Source: Pirellulales bacterium
Lineage (GTDB): Bacteria; Planctomycetota; Planctomycetia; Pirellulales; Lacipirellulaceae
Reading direction: 5' to 3'
NCBI GenBank assembly: GCA_050248495.1
Contig: JBFWSG010000004.1
Span: forward strand, 23,686 to 87,685
Length of the DNA stretch: 64,000 bases
Below the pieces are notes generated by a model. It had not been told where the DNA came from, ran no database searches, and saw nothing but the letters and a program-made list of their open reading frames with translations. Numbering within the stretch: the stretch's first letter is position 1; each line of letters begins with the position of its first letter. Shown one piece after another: positions 31,166-40,759 of this stretch. A program made the translations under genes and the position numbers.

Positions 31166-32836
31166 ATGAACGTCAATTCAATCCTATTTGGCCAAACTGC
31201 CATCTCTTCGCTCAACGCACTCTTTGCCGAAGCTTGGCCGTGGCTGGCGGGACTGGCGTTGATTGTAATTTTCTTCATGTTCCTGGGTTTTGTAAAATCG
31301 ACGATTCGCCGCTGCAGCAGCAACCAGGTGCTCGTGATCTATGGCGGGCTCACAGGCACGGGCCGCACGGCAAAGACGATCCACGGCGGCGCCGGCATTG
31401 TGCTGCCGTTTTTGCAGGACTACCGCTACCTGAGCCTGGAGCCAATTCAGATCGAAATCCCGCTTCGCGGCGCGCTCTCGATGGAGAATATCCGCGTCAA
31501 CGTGCCGAGCGTATTCACGGTGGCCGTCGGCACGCAGCCCGACGTCATGAACAATGCCTCGATCCGTCTGCTGGAGCTGACGACGGACGAAATTCGCAAG
31601 CAGGCCGAGGAAATCATCTTTGGCCAGCTGCGGCAGGTGATCGCCTCGATGAAGATCGAGGACATCAACCGCGACCGCGATACGTTTCTGCAGCATATTC
31701 AGAATTCGGTCGAGCCGGAGCTCAAGAAGATCGGCCTGGTGCTGATCAACGTGAACATCACGGACATCACGGACGAGAGCGGGTACATCGACGCGATCGG
31801 GCAGAAGGCGGCGTCGCAGGCGATCCAGCAGGCCCGCGGCGACGTGGCCGAGGAAGTGAAGCAGGGCGAAATCCGCGTGGCCGACGCCGAGCGTGAGAAG
31901 ACGGTCATGGTCGCCAGCGCCACGAAGCTGCGCGAAATCGGCACGCGCGAAGCAGCCCGCGAGCAGGCGGTAAAGATCGCGATGCTCGAACGGGAACAGA
32001 CCGTCGGCGAGCAGACGGCGGCCTTCCAGCGCGACGTGGAGGTGAAGCAGGCCGAGCAGAACAAGCGCGTGGCGGTAGCCGAGGCGAATGCGGCGGCGGT
32101 GGACGGCGAGAACATCGCCGACGCCAAGATCGCCCAGTCGCAGGCGACGCTGCTCGAACAGCGGGCCGAGGCGTATGAGCGCGGTGAATCGCGCAAGCGA
32201 GCTGCCGAGGCCGCGGTCATCGAGGTGCAGAACCGCGCGATGGCCAAGGCGGCGGTGGCCGAGGCGGAACGCGTCGAAGCCGAGGAGCGGGCGAAGTTGG
32301 AAGCTCCCGCCAAGGCGCAAAAGGCTCGGATCCTGGTCGACGCCGAAGCCGAGGCCCAGAAGCGCCGGCTGGAAGCGGAGGGTGAGGCGGCGGCGATTTA
32401 CGCCCGGCTCGAAGCCGAAGCCCGCGGCCATTACGAAATCCTGGCCAAGAAGGGCGAAGGTCTTAAAATGATTGTCGAGGCCTGCGGCGGCGCGCAGCAG
32501 GCCTTTCAGCTGATGATGCTCGAGCACCTAGATACGCTCGCCGAAAGCTCGGCCAAGGCGATCAGCAATATCAAGTTCGACAAGGTCGTGGTGTGGGAGA
32601 ATGGAGGCGCGAATGGCCGCTCGAACACGGCCGACTTCCTGCACAAGATGGCTGGCACGCTGCCGCCGATGATGCAGGTCATGCGCGACATCGGCGGCAT
32701 TGAGATTCCCGAGAGCCTGGCGAAGCTCGCCGGCGAAGATGGGGCGACGACGGGGAACGGCAATGGACGAGCTCCGTATGCGGAGAACGCGGTTGCGGTC
32801 GAGGAACCAGTGGCGACGGCGACGAAGAAGTCGTGA
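31166..32836 (+). CDS. flotillin-like SPFH/band-7 protein
   Basis: An N-terminal transmembrane segment is followed by an SPFH domain (VLVIYGGLTGTGR...IQIEIPLRGALSMENIRVNV) and a long Ala/Glu-rich coiled-coil flotillin domain. Confidence 0.85.
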   Translation: MNVNSILFGQTAISSLNALFAEAWPWLAGLALIVIFFMFLGFVKSTIRRCSSNQVLVIYGGLTGTGRTAKTIHGGAGIVLPFLQDYRYLSLEPIQIEIPLRGALSMENIRVNVPSVFTVAVGTQPDVMNNASIRLLELTTDEIRKQAEEIIFGQLRQVIASMKIEDINRDRDTFLQHIQNSVEPELKKIGLVLINVNITDITDESGYIDAIGQKAASQAIQQARGDVAEEVKQGEIRVADAEREKTVMVASATKLREIGTREAAREQAVKIAMLEREQTVGEQTAAFQRDVEVKQAEQNKRVAVAEANAAAVDGENIADAKIAQSQATLLEQRAEAYERGESRKRAAEAAVIEVQNRAMAKAAVAEAERVEAEERAKLEAPAKAQKARILVDAEAEAQKRRLEAEGEAAAIYARLEAEARGHYEILAKKGEGLKMIVEACGGAQQAFQLMMLEHLDTLAESSAKAISNIKFDKVVVWENGGANGRSNTADFLHKMAGTLPPMMQVMRDIGGIEIPESLAKLAGEDGATTGNGNGRAPYAENAVAVEEPVATATKKS

Positions 32837-32985
32837 CGCTGCGAGGCTGGGTGGCTGGCGGTCGAGGTTGAGCCGAGCCCCCAGGGAATTGTCGCGCAGT
32901 GGTACTGCTGGGGGCTCGTAGACCAAGCATCCTGCTCGGTGCCCTCTCGACCGCCAGCCACCCAGTTCACGCGCGGAAGTATCGG

Positions 32986-33735
32986 TTACTTCGTGTCGTG
33001 CTCTTTGCACCAGGCGATCATTTGATCGACGGTCATTGACTTCTTGTCGATCGGCCCGGATGGCGCTTTGGCGGCGGGGGCTGGTGCCGCGGGGGCTGGT
33101 TCGTCGGCCGGCGCTTCGGCTGCGGCCTCTTCCACCGGTTCTGGCTCCGCTGGCGGTTTCGCTGCGGGGGCCGGTGCGGCTTTGCCTGCCGCGCCGCCAG
33201 CTCTCGCGGCGGCGAGCATGTCGGCGACGCTCATCTTCGAGCGGTCGACCTTGGCGGGGGCGGCGCCGGGGGCTTTGGGTGCTGGGGCAGGTTTGGCTTT
33301 TGCTTCCCCGCCCGCTGAAGCTCCCTCGCCGCCTGCCGGTTTGGCGGGGGCCTTCGCGCCTCCGCCGGAGCGGAGCGCGGCGAGGATGTCGGCGGTGGAT
33401 TGCTTCGCACCGCCGGTCGCCGCTGGTTTTGCGGCGGGCTTGGCCGCCGGCTTTGCCGCCGCGGCCTCCTTCTTGGCGGGGGCTTCCTTGGCGGGCGCTT
33501 CTTTGACCTTGGGAGCGGGCGGCGTGTCGACCACCTTCAGGAACGCGGGGTCGATGTCATACCAGCCGATGTTGAGGTGATAGTCGTTGAACTCGACCAG
33601 GGCGCGGCCGCTCATGTTGACCGTCTTCACCGTGCCATACGTGTCGCGGAAGCGGGCCAGCTCGGGCCGCGAGCCGTCGACCACCACGTACTTATCCGTG
33701 TACTTCCGCTTGAGCTCGTCAATCAGGTCGACCAT
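32986..33735 (-). CDS. hypothetical protein with a globular N-terminal domain and an Ala/Pro/Lys-rich low-complexity region
   Basis: The short motif [SM][VT]AD[MI]LAA[AL]R[AS]GG recurs twice ([26 protein letters not shown]), with a related terminal [23 protein letters not shown] repeat is present. The mirror + strand ORFs are rejected as GC artefacts. Confidence 0.55.
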   Translation of the reverse strand: MVDLIDELKRKYTDKYVVVDGSRPELARFRDTYGTVKTVNMSGRALVEFNDYHLNIGWYDIDPAFLKVVDTPPAPKVKEAPAKEAPAKKEAAAAKPAAKPAAKPAATGGAKQSTADILAALRSGGGAKAPAKPAGGEGASAGGEAKAKPAPAPKAPGAAPAKVDRSKMSVADMLAAARAGGAAGKAAPAPAAKPPAEPEPVEEAAAEAPADEPAPAAPAPAAKAPSGPIDKKSMTVDQMIAWCKEHDTK

Positions 33736-33899
33736 CGCGCGACATTCGCTCCGTACTGCAAGAAACCACCGTGGATGGGGAGTCCGCCATTTTGGTCCAA
33801 AGCCGCCCGGCGGGCAAGGACGGCCGAATGGTTGCCGCCGCCCGCGACGCCGTCCATAATCAAGCTCCGGTTTCCCGCTACATCCAGGAGAGATTTCCC

Positions 33900-34721
33900 A
33901 TGCGTTCGCGGCGGCTGTTGGTATCGGCGATTGTTGCTGGTGGGGTCTTGTCGGCGGTGGCTGTCGTGGCGATGAACCGCGAGTACCTGCCTGGAATCGA
34001 ATGGCAGGAGCCGCCGGTCGTGACGCCCGGCGAGAACGGCAGCCCGCCGTCCGATGCGATCGTGCTCTTCGACGGCACCGACCTCTCGGCCTGGGAACCG
34101 TCGAACACGTGGAAGGTCAAAGACGGCGTCTTGACCGAGGGCAAGGGAGATATTCACACCAAGCAGAGCTTTGGCGACGTACAGCTGCACGTCGAGTGGT
34201 CGTCGCCGACTGAACCGCACGGCGAGGGCCAGGACCGCGGCAACAGCGGCGTGTTTCTGCAGGATCGCTACGAATTGCAAGTGCTCGATTCGTACAAGAG
34301 CAAGACCTATTTCGAAGGCCAGGCGGGAGCGATCTACAAGCAGACGCCGCCGCTGGTGAACGTCACGCGTCCGCCGGGAGAGTGGAACTCGTACGACATC
34401 ATCTGGACCGCACCGACGTTCAACGACGACGGCACGGTCAAGACGCCGGCCTACATCACCGCGCTCCACAACGGGGTGTTGATTCTCAACCACTTCGAAG
34501 TGGTCGGCCTCACGCCGTGGACCGACGCGCCGAAGTACGAGGCCCACGGCGCGGCCCCGATCCGGCTGCAGGACCACGGCCACCCGGTGCGGTTCCGTAA
34601 CATCTGGGTCCGCGAGCTCAAGCCGCTCGAGGCCAAGCGAATCCGCGAGCCGTATTTCCACGACCACGACAGCGGCAAGGAATGGCCGGTGTCGGCAGGC
34701 GAAACGCCGCCGGCGACGTGA
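33900..34721 (+). CDS. DUF1080 (3-keto-disaccharide hydrolase-like) secreted protein
   Basis: An AGGAGAG Shine-Dalgarno precedes the ATG at 33900. The signal peptide is [24 protein letters not shown]. Motifs [11 protein letters not shown]...WKVKDGVL...NSGVF...ELQVLDS...GEWNSYDII fit DUF1080. Confidence 0.7.
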   Translation: MRSRRLLVSAIVAGGVLSAVAVVAMNREYLPGIEWQEPPVVTPGENGSPPSDAIVLFDGTDLSAWEPSNTWKVKDGVLTEGKGDIHTKQSFGDVQLHVEWSSPTEPHGEGQDRGNSGVFLQDRYELQVLDSYKSKTYFEGQAGAIYKQTPPLVNVTRPPGEWNSYDIIWTAPTFNDDGTVKTPAYITALHNGVLILNHFEVVGLTPWTDAPKYEAHGAAPIRLQDHGHPVRFRNIWVRELKPLEAKRIREPYFHDHDSGKEWPVSAGETPPAT

Positions 34722-34768
34722 AATTGTGTTGCACGATCCAGCCTTGGCCATCCGCAATATTGTTGGTC

Positions 34769-35053
34769 ATGACGTCGCGCCGAATACAAATCGATTTGCG
34801 GCAGATATTCTTGTCGATGATCTTCTTCGCCGGCGCGGCCACCGTGTTCGCCGCAAGCCTGAATGACCAGATCTACAATAGCGGTCACGGAATGCTTGTG
34901 TGGGCAATCATTCCGCCGACGATCGGTGCACTTGTCGGCGCAGGAATCGGAGTGCTTTTTCGCCGAGTTTGGCTGCTTGCGACGATTGGATTTATCTTGC
35001 CATTCATGGTTGTCTGCTACGCAATGTGGCAGTTATCAAATATCGATTGCTGA
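34769..35053 (+). CDS. small hypothetical membrane protein
   Basis: Three hydrophobic segments are present (IFLSMIFFAGAATVFAA; AIIPPTIGALVGAGIGVLF; LLATIGFILPFMVVCYAMW). Confidence 0.35.
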   Translation: MTSRRIQIDLRQIFLSMIFFAGAATVFAASLNDQIYNSGHGMLVWAIIPPTIGALVGAGIGVLFRRVWLLATIGFILPFMVVCYAMWQLSNIDC

Positions 35054-35097
35054 CGGTCGATTTTGATTCCTCAATTTGGCCAGCCAATCGCACGCAA

Positions 35098-36220
35098 TCA
35101 CTCGTCGTCGTCGCCGTCTTCGATGGGCTGGCCGGCGCGCCAGCGGAGGACGGAATCCAGGAAGCCTTGGATGTCGCCGTCCAGGACGTTGTGGAAGTTG
35201 CCCTGCTGATACTTCGTGCGGGCGTCTTTCACGCGCTGGTCAGGGTGCAGAAAGTAATTGCGAATCTGCGAGCCGAAGCCGACCTTGGCCTGCTGCTGGT
35301 ACTTGGCCGCGTCGGCGGCTTCGCGTTTTTCTTCCTCGGCGCGGGCCATCCGGGCGCGGAGCATCTTCCAGGCGGTGGCCCGGTTCTTGTGCTGCGACCG
35401 TTCGCTCTGACACTGCACGACGATGTTCGTCGGCAAATGGGTGAGTCGAATCGCGCTCGAGGTCTTGTTGACGTGCTGGCCGCCGGCGCCGCTCGCGCGG
35501 AACACGTCTTCGCGGACGTCCTCGGGGTCGATCTCGATTTCGACCGAGTCGGAAATCTCCGGCGACACGTCCACGGCCGCAAAGCTCGTCTGCCGTTTGC
35601 CTTCCGAGTTGAACGGGCTAATCCGCACGAGGCGGTGCATGCCGGTCTCGCCGCGGAGGTAGCCGTAAGCCATCGGGCCGCGGATGGCGACCGAGGCGTG
35701 CGTGATGCCGGCCTCTTCGTTGTCCTGCCGCTCCAGGAGCTCGACCGAGTAGCCGTTCTTCTGGGCCCAAAGCGTGTACATGCGGAGCAGCATCTCGGCC
35801 CAGTCGTTGGCGTCGGTGCCGCCGTCGCGAGCGTTGATCGTGAGGATCGCGCCGGCGGCGTCGTGCCGGCCGTTGAGCAGGGCCTTAAGCTTCAGCTGCT
35901 CGACCAGCGTTTCGAGGGCGGCGATTTCGCTCGGCACTTCGGCCGCGAACGACGGATCTTCTTCCGCCATTTCGATCATCGCCGATACGTCATCGCTGCG
36001 CTTGATCGCTTCATCGAGAGGCGCGATCACGGAGGTGAGCGACTTGCGCTCCTCAACCGTGGCTTGCGCTTTTTCCTGGCTGCCCCAGAAATCGGCTTCG
36101 GCCATGCGCTCATCGATGGCCTTGATGCGGTCCTTCTTGGCCGCGTAGTCAAAGAGAGTCTCGTAGCTGGAGGATGCCTTCGCGGATCGCTTTGGCGCGG
36201 TCGATGAATTCTTTTTCCAT
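35098..36220 (-). CDS. prfB: peptide chain release factor 2 with programmed +1 ribosomal frameshift
   Basis: SPF and GGQ motifs are present (SGAGGQHVNKTSSAIRLTHLPT). The true start ATG is at 36218-36220 (MEKEFIDRAKAIREGILQLRDSL). It is followed by the canonical CTT TGA C shift site at 36148-36154, after which the frame continues as DYAAKKDRIKAIDE... Confidence 0.85.
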
Positions 36221-36468
36221 GCTTCTAAAGGCTCCTAGAAAACACTACGTGCGACGCGCCATTTGGTTGCGAATTATCACAATTGCGATTACGACCAGTG
36301 CGATCAGCAGCATTTCGGTTGGTCCGATGCCGATCATTTTCGCTCCCTCACGACATAGTGAGTCGGGCTGGAAAGCCTGACCGACGGTGGAAAATCATTA
36401 TAGGTGGCGGCCATTCGGCGGACGAGGGCGCTTGTGGCGGCGTTGGAAAGGGCCGTAGACTCGAAGAT

Positions 36469-37719
36469 ATGTCGCGCGTTGTGCTGGCCATGAGTGGAGG
36501 AGTCGATTCGAGCGTCGCGGCCCACTTGCTCACGCAGGCGGGCCACGAGGTGATCGGCGTCTTCATGCGCCATGGGGAGCAGTCGCCCGTGGCGTGCGCG
36601 ACGACCGAGAGCGCGGCAGCCGGCGACCTACGCGTCGCCGGGGTGGGGGCGAAGCCGGCGACCGGCCCGCGTAGCGGCCCGGCTGGTCACACGAATTCGG
36701 GGGCGCTGCCGATTGTTTCGCGGCTCGATCATAAGCAGGGGTGTTGCACGGCGGCGGATGCGGAGGATGCGCGGCGCGTGGCCGACAGGCTTGGCATCCC
36801 GTTCTATGCTTTGAATCTGCAGGAAGAGTTCGGCCAGATCATCGACTACTTTGTGGCCGAGTACACGGCGGGCCGGACACCGAATCCGTGCGTGCAGTGC
36901 AACAACTGGATCAAGTTTGGCAAGCTGTTCGACTACGCGGACAGCGTCGGCGCCGAGTTCGTGGCGACGGGGCACTACGCGCGGCTCGAGGCAACTGCCG
37001 CCGGAGGCTCGGCGCTCGTGCGCGGCGTTGACGCGGCAAAGGACCAGTCGTACGTGCTGTTCGGCATTCGCCGCGACCTCTTGCCACGGATGATGCTGCC
37101 GGTGGGCGGATTCGAGAAGCCAGCGATCCGCGCGATGGCAGCGGAATTGGGCCTGCGCGTCGCCGACAAAAAGGACAGCCAGGAAATCTGCTTCGTGACG
37201 CACGATCGGTACGACGAGTTCGTACGGCGACGGGATGCGGGCGACCGCGGTGGTGAAATGGTCACCTCCGACGGCACGGTCGTCGGCGAGCACCGGGGGA
37301 TCGAAAGCTTTACGGTCGGCCAGCGCAAGGGCCTCGGCGTCGCACTGGGGGACCGCAAATTCGTCGTCCGCATCGAACCCGAGTCGCGCCGCGTGGTGAT
37401 CGGCGACCGAGAGGAACTGTATTCGCGCGAGCTGACGGCGCACGGCGTGAACTGGCAAAAAGGGGACATTCTGCTTTTATCCGAGCGGCTCGCGAAGGCG
37501 GCGGTGGTGGGCGGAAAAGTAGAATGTCCCCTTTTTAGGTGTTGGGCACAAATTCGCTACAACGCTACGGCGCAACGAGCCACGATGGCGGTGCTGCCAG
37601 ATGCGCGGATACAGGTAGAATTCGACGAGCCGCAATTTGCGATCACGCCGGGCCAGGCGGTCGTCTGCTACGACGCCAAAACCAACTCCCGTGTGCTTGG
37701 CGGCGGGTGGATCGAGTGA
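36469..37719 (+). CDS. mnmA: tRNA-specific 2-thiouridylase
   Basis: The PP-loop (SGGVDSS), the catalytic Cys region (RTPNPCVQCN) and the C-terminal barrel (ITPGQAVVCYD) are present. A low-complexity insertion of about 45 aa follows the PP-loop. Confidence 0.85.
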   Translation: MSRVVLAMSGGVDSSVAAHLLTQAGHEVIGVFMRHGEQSPVACATTESAAAGDLRVAGVGAKPATGPRSGPAGHTNSGALPIVSRLDHKQGCCTAADAEDARRVADRLGIPFYALNLQEEFGQIIDYFVAEYTAGRTPNPCVQCNNWIKFGKLFDYADSVGAEFVATGHYARLEATAAGGSALVRGVDAAKDQSYVLFGIRRDLLPRMMLPVGGFEKPAIRAMAAELGLRVADKKDSQEICFVTHDRYDEFVRRRDAGDRGGEMVTSDGTVVGEHRGIESFTVGQRKGLGVALGDRKFVVRIEPESRRVVIGDREELYSRELTAHGVNWQKGDILLLSERLAKAAVVGGKVECPLFRCWAQIRYNATAQRATMAVLPDARIQVEFDEPQFAITPGQAVVCYDAKTNSRVLGGGWIE

Positions 37720-37807
37720 CGGGTTGTAGGAGGCCTCTCTGAGGCCGATTACGCGCTCGAATTGACAACGTTATCGGCGTCGGAGACGCCTCCTACAGGA
37801 AGCAGTC

Positions 37808-39865
37808 ATGCCCAATCATCTCGCCCACGAATCGAGCCCGTATCTCTTGCAGCACCAGAACAATCCGGTGGATTGGTATCCCTGGGGGGACGCGGCAATT
37901 GAAAAGGCGCGGCGGGAGGGGAAGCCGATTTTTCTGTCGATCGGTTACTCGGCCTGTCACTGGTGCCACGTGATGGAGCACGAGAGTTTTGAGAGTGAGG
38001 CGATCGCGGCAGTGCTCAACGCGCATTTCGTGTCGATCAAAGTCGACCGCGAGGAACGGCCGGACCTTGACCAGATCTACATGAACGCGGTGCAGATGCT
38101 CACGGGCCGCGGCGGCTGGCCGATGAGCGTGTTTCTCACGCCGGAGCTCAAACCGTTCTATGGTGGCACGTACTGGCCACCGACCGGCCGGCAGGGCATG
38201 CCGGGGTTCGATCAAATTTTGACGGCCGTGGTCGATGCCTGGCAGAATCGCCGCGAGCAGGCCATGACGGCGGCGGACCAGCTGACGGCTGAGCTGCAAA
38301 AAGTCGGCGCGGGCGAGGGCGGCAGCGATGCGAGCGCGCTCTCGCTCGATTTGATCGGCGGCGCGGTGAACCAGCTCGCGCGGATGTTCGATCGGACGTA
38401 CGGCGGCTTCGGGCAGGCGCCGAAGTTTCCGCATCCAATGGATTTGCAGCTGCTCTTGGCCGTTTATTCGAGGAACAAACAGCCGGCGCTACTCGACATG
38501 GTCCGCGTGACGCTCGACCGGATGGCGGCGGGCGGCATTTATGATCACTTGGGCGGCGGCTTCGCGCGGTACTCGGTCGACGCCCACTGGTTGGTCCCTC
38601 ATTTCGAGAAGATGCTCTACGACAACGCCCTCCTGGCTCGGGCGTACACTGACGCGTACCTCGTCACGGGCGACACAAACTATGCCCGCATCGTCCGCGA
38701 GACGCTCGACTACGTGCTCCGCGACATGACCGACCCCAAAGGCGGCTTCTACAGCACCGAGGATGCCGACAGCGAGGGCGAGGAAGGACTGTTTTACACC
38801 TGGACGCCGGACGAGATCGACGCGGTGCTCGGCGACGAACGCGGGGCGACGTTTGGCCGCGTATTCGACGTCACCGACGCCGGCAATTTCGAGCACGGCC
38901 GCAGCATCCTCAACCTGCCGAAGACGCTCGAGCAGTGTGCCAAGATTATGAAACGGCCGCTCGAGGAACTGGTCAATGAATTGACGCAGTCCAAAAAAGA
39001 ATTGTTCGAGGTGCGTGAGAAGCGCACTCATCCCGGCAAGGATGACAAGGTGATTGTCGCGTGGAACGGGCTGGCGATCGACGCCATGGCCCGGGCCGGC
39101 ACGGCGCTTCACGAGCCGCAGTACGTATTGGCGGCCGAATCGGCGGCCGACTTCATCTTGCGCGACATGCAGCAGGACGGCCGGCTGCTGCACACCTGGC
39201 GGCAAGGGCAGGCGAAGCTCGCGGCCTATCTCGACGATTACGCGGCACTCGCCAATTCCTTCGTAACGCTGTACGAAGCGACAGGCTGCGAACGCTGGAT
39301 CGACGAGGCGGTGCGGCTGATCGACGTCGTGCTGGAGCGGTTTGCTGATCGTGAGGGAGGCGGCTTCTTTTACACAGCAAACGATCACGAGACGCTGCTC
39401 ACACGGACCAAGGAACTCACCGATAGCAGCGTGCCGAGCGGCAATTCCCTGGCCGCGACGGCGCTGCTGCGGCTGGGGAAGCTGCTCGGCCGCGGCGAGT
39501 ATTTGGAGGCGGCCGAGAAAACGCTCCTGGCCGCCGAGCCGGTTCTGCAGCGTGCGCCAATGGCGGCCGGGCAGATGCTGCTGGCGCTCGACCGGTATTT
39601 GGGGCCGAGCAACGAATTGGTGCTGGTCGGCACGATGGATGAGGAATTTGAGAACGCGGTCCGTGCAATTCACAACCGCTACTTGCCGCGCAGCGTGCTC
39701 GCATACCGGGGCGAAAGGTCTGAGTCCGCGCTTCTTGACGAAATATTCGCCGGCAAGGTCGCGCCGGACGGCGGCCCGGCGCTCTATGTCTGTGAAAATT
39801 ACGCCTGTCGAGAACCCGTCGTAGGTATCGCGGCGATTCAAACGGCGGTCGACAACTTCGCCTAG
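37808..39865 (+). CDS. thioredoxin-domain protein (DUF255/YyaL family: N-terminal thioredoxin fold plus C-terminal six-hairpin domain)
   Basis: [50 protein letters not shown] is the family N-terminal signature. Confidence 0.85.
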   Translation: MPNHLAHESSPYLLQHQNNPVDWYPWGDAAIEKARREGKPIFLSIGYSACHWCHVMEHESFESEAIAAVLNAHFVSIKVDREERPDLDQIYMNAVQMLTGRGGWPMSVFLTPELKPFYGGTYWPPTGRQGMPGFDQILTAVVDAWQNRREQAMTAADQLTAELQKVGAGEGGSDASALSLDLIGGAVNQLARMFDRTYGGFGQAPKFPHPMDLQLLLAVYSRNKQPALLDMVRVTLDRMAAGGIYDHLGGGFARYSVDAHWLVPHFEKMLYDNALLARAYTDAYLVTGDTNYARIVRETLDYVLRDMTDPKGGFYSTEDADSEGEEGLFYTWTPDEIDAVLGDERGATFGRVFDVTDAGNFEHGRSILNLPKTLEQCAKIMKRPLEELVNELTQSKKELFEVREKRTHPGKDDKVIVAWNGLAIDAMARAGTALHEPQYVLAAESAADFILRDMQQDGRLLHTWRQGQAKLAAYLDDYAALANSFVTLYEATGCERWIDEAVRLIDVVLERFADREGGGFFYTANDHETLLTRTKELTDSSVPSGNSLAATALLRLGKLLGRGEYLEAAEKTLLAAEPVLQRAPMAAGQMLLALDRYLGPSNELVLVGTMDEEFENAVRAIHNRYLPRSVLAYRGERSESALLDEIFAGKVAPDGGPALYVCENYACREPVVGIAAIQTAVDNFA

Positions 39866-40371
39866 CCGCCGGCGCTTGCGGCGCGCCGTTGCTCGCGCTG
39901 ACTGATCACCAGTACCAGATAGATCGCCAGCACCTGGACCGGCAACGGGACGGTCTCGGTGAAGTCGCCCACGCGGCTGCGCGTGAACAGGCCGGTATGC
40001 TGAATCGTGCCGACGACGCTGTCGCCGCTCATGAGATGGTAGGTCCTCGTGAACCAACCGGCCGGTTGCAGGAACCAGGTTTCCTTGGCTTCATCGAGCA
40101 CTGCCTCCAGTTCGAACCGCCGCGACCAGAAGCCGCGTTTCACCTGGCACACGCTCGCGTCGCCCGAGAGCAGTTGAAAGCCGTCCTTCCAGAGCGACGT
40201 CTTGCGAATCGCGAAGGGATGCCCGGCGATGGTGAAGTCGCAGCCTTCGATCCAGAACTGCATCTTCAGCGACGCGACCGTTTCGCCGCCACGGCGCAAG
40301 TCGAAATGGCGCGAAAAGGCGCCTTGTGGCACGATGTCCCAGTGGCTGGATGGCTCGGTCATGCGGTCCAT
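39862..40371 (-). CDS. hypothetical protein
   Basis: The ORF is clean at 169 aa with a hydrophobic C-terminus. It overlaps the previous gene by 4 nt in convergent orientation. Confidence 0.45.
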   Translation of the reverse strand: MDRMTEPSSHWDIVPQGAFSRHFDLRRGGETVASLKMQFWIEGCDFTIAGHPFAIRKTSLWKDGFQLLSGDASVCQVKRGFWSRRFELEAVLDEAKETWFLQPAGWFTRTYHLMSGDSVVGTIQHTGLFTRSRVGDFTETVPLPVQVLAIYLVLVISQREQRRAASAGG

Positions 40372-40439
40372 TCAAGATGACGAGGCGGCGATTGGCAATG
40401 GCGGCACTTGACCGAATCAAGGCGGGCGGCGAATTCATT

Positions 40440-40512
40440 CGACCCTGGATGGGTCGGCTATTTTTCACGACCCAAGATGGGTCGGCTATATAGCCCGGCC
40501 ATCTTGGCCGGA
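40440..40512. repeat. REP-like array: two type-B units plus one type-A unit
   Basis: cgaccctggatgggtcggctat ttttca cgacccaagatgggtcggctat atagcccggccatcttggccgg. Confidence 0.7.
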
Positions 40513-40532
40513 AAAAGTGGCGCAAAAAAGAA

Positions 40533-40574
40533 GCCGCCTGCTCGAGTCAACTCGGGCAGGCGGCGGCAGGGTGT
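40533..40574 (-). terminator. rho-independent terminator (minus strand)
   Basis: On the + strand the sequence reads aaaaaag-GCCGCCTGCTCGAG-tcaa-CTCGGGCAGGCGGC. On the minus strand the hairpin is followed by a U-run. Confidence 0.5.
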
Positions 40575-40759
40575 TGGAGGGAGAGAAGGGGTGAGGTGTC
40601 ATTCCTCAAAGTGTTGTGTCATAGGCTGCAGGTGCTCCGGTTGGTGATGAAAACCGTTCACACCTTCTCCTACGGCCGGCCGGCGGGGTGTTACGGCCGC
40701 GGCAAAAAATGGCAAGTTTTGCAGCAAGTCCCGCGAAATCACGGTCCCGATGCGCCGGC

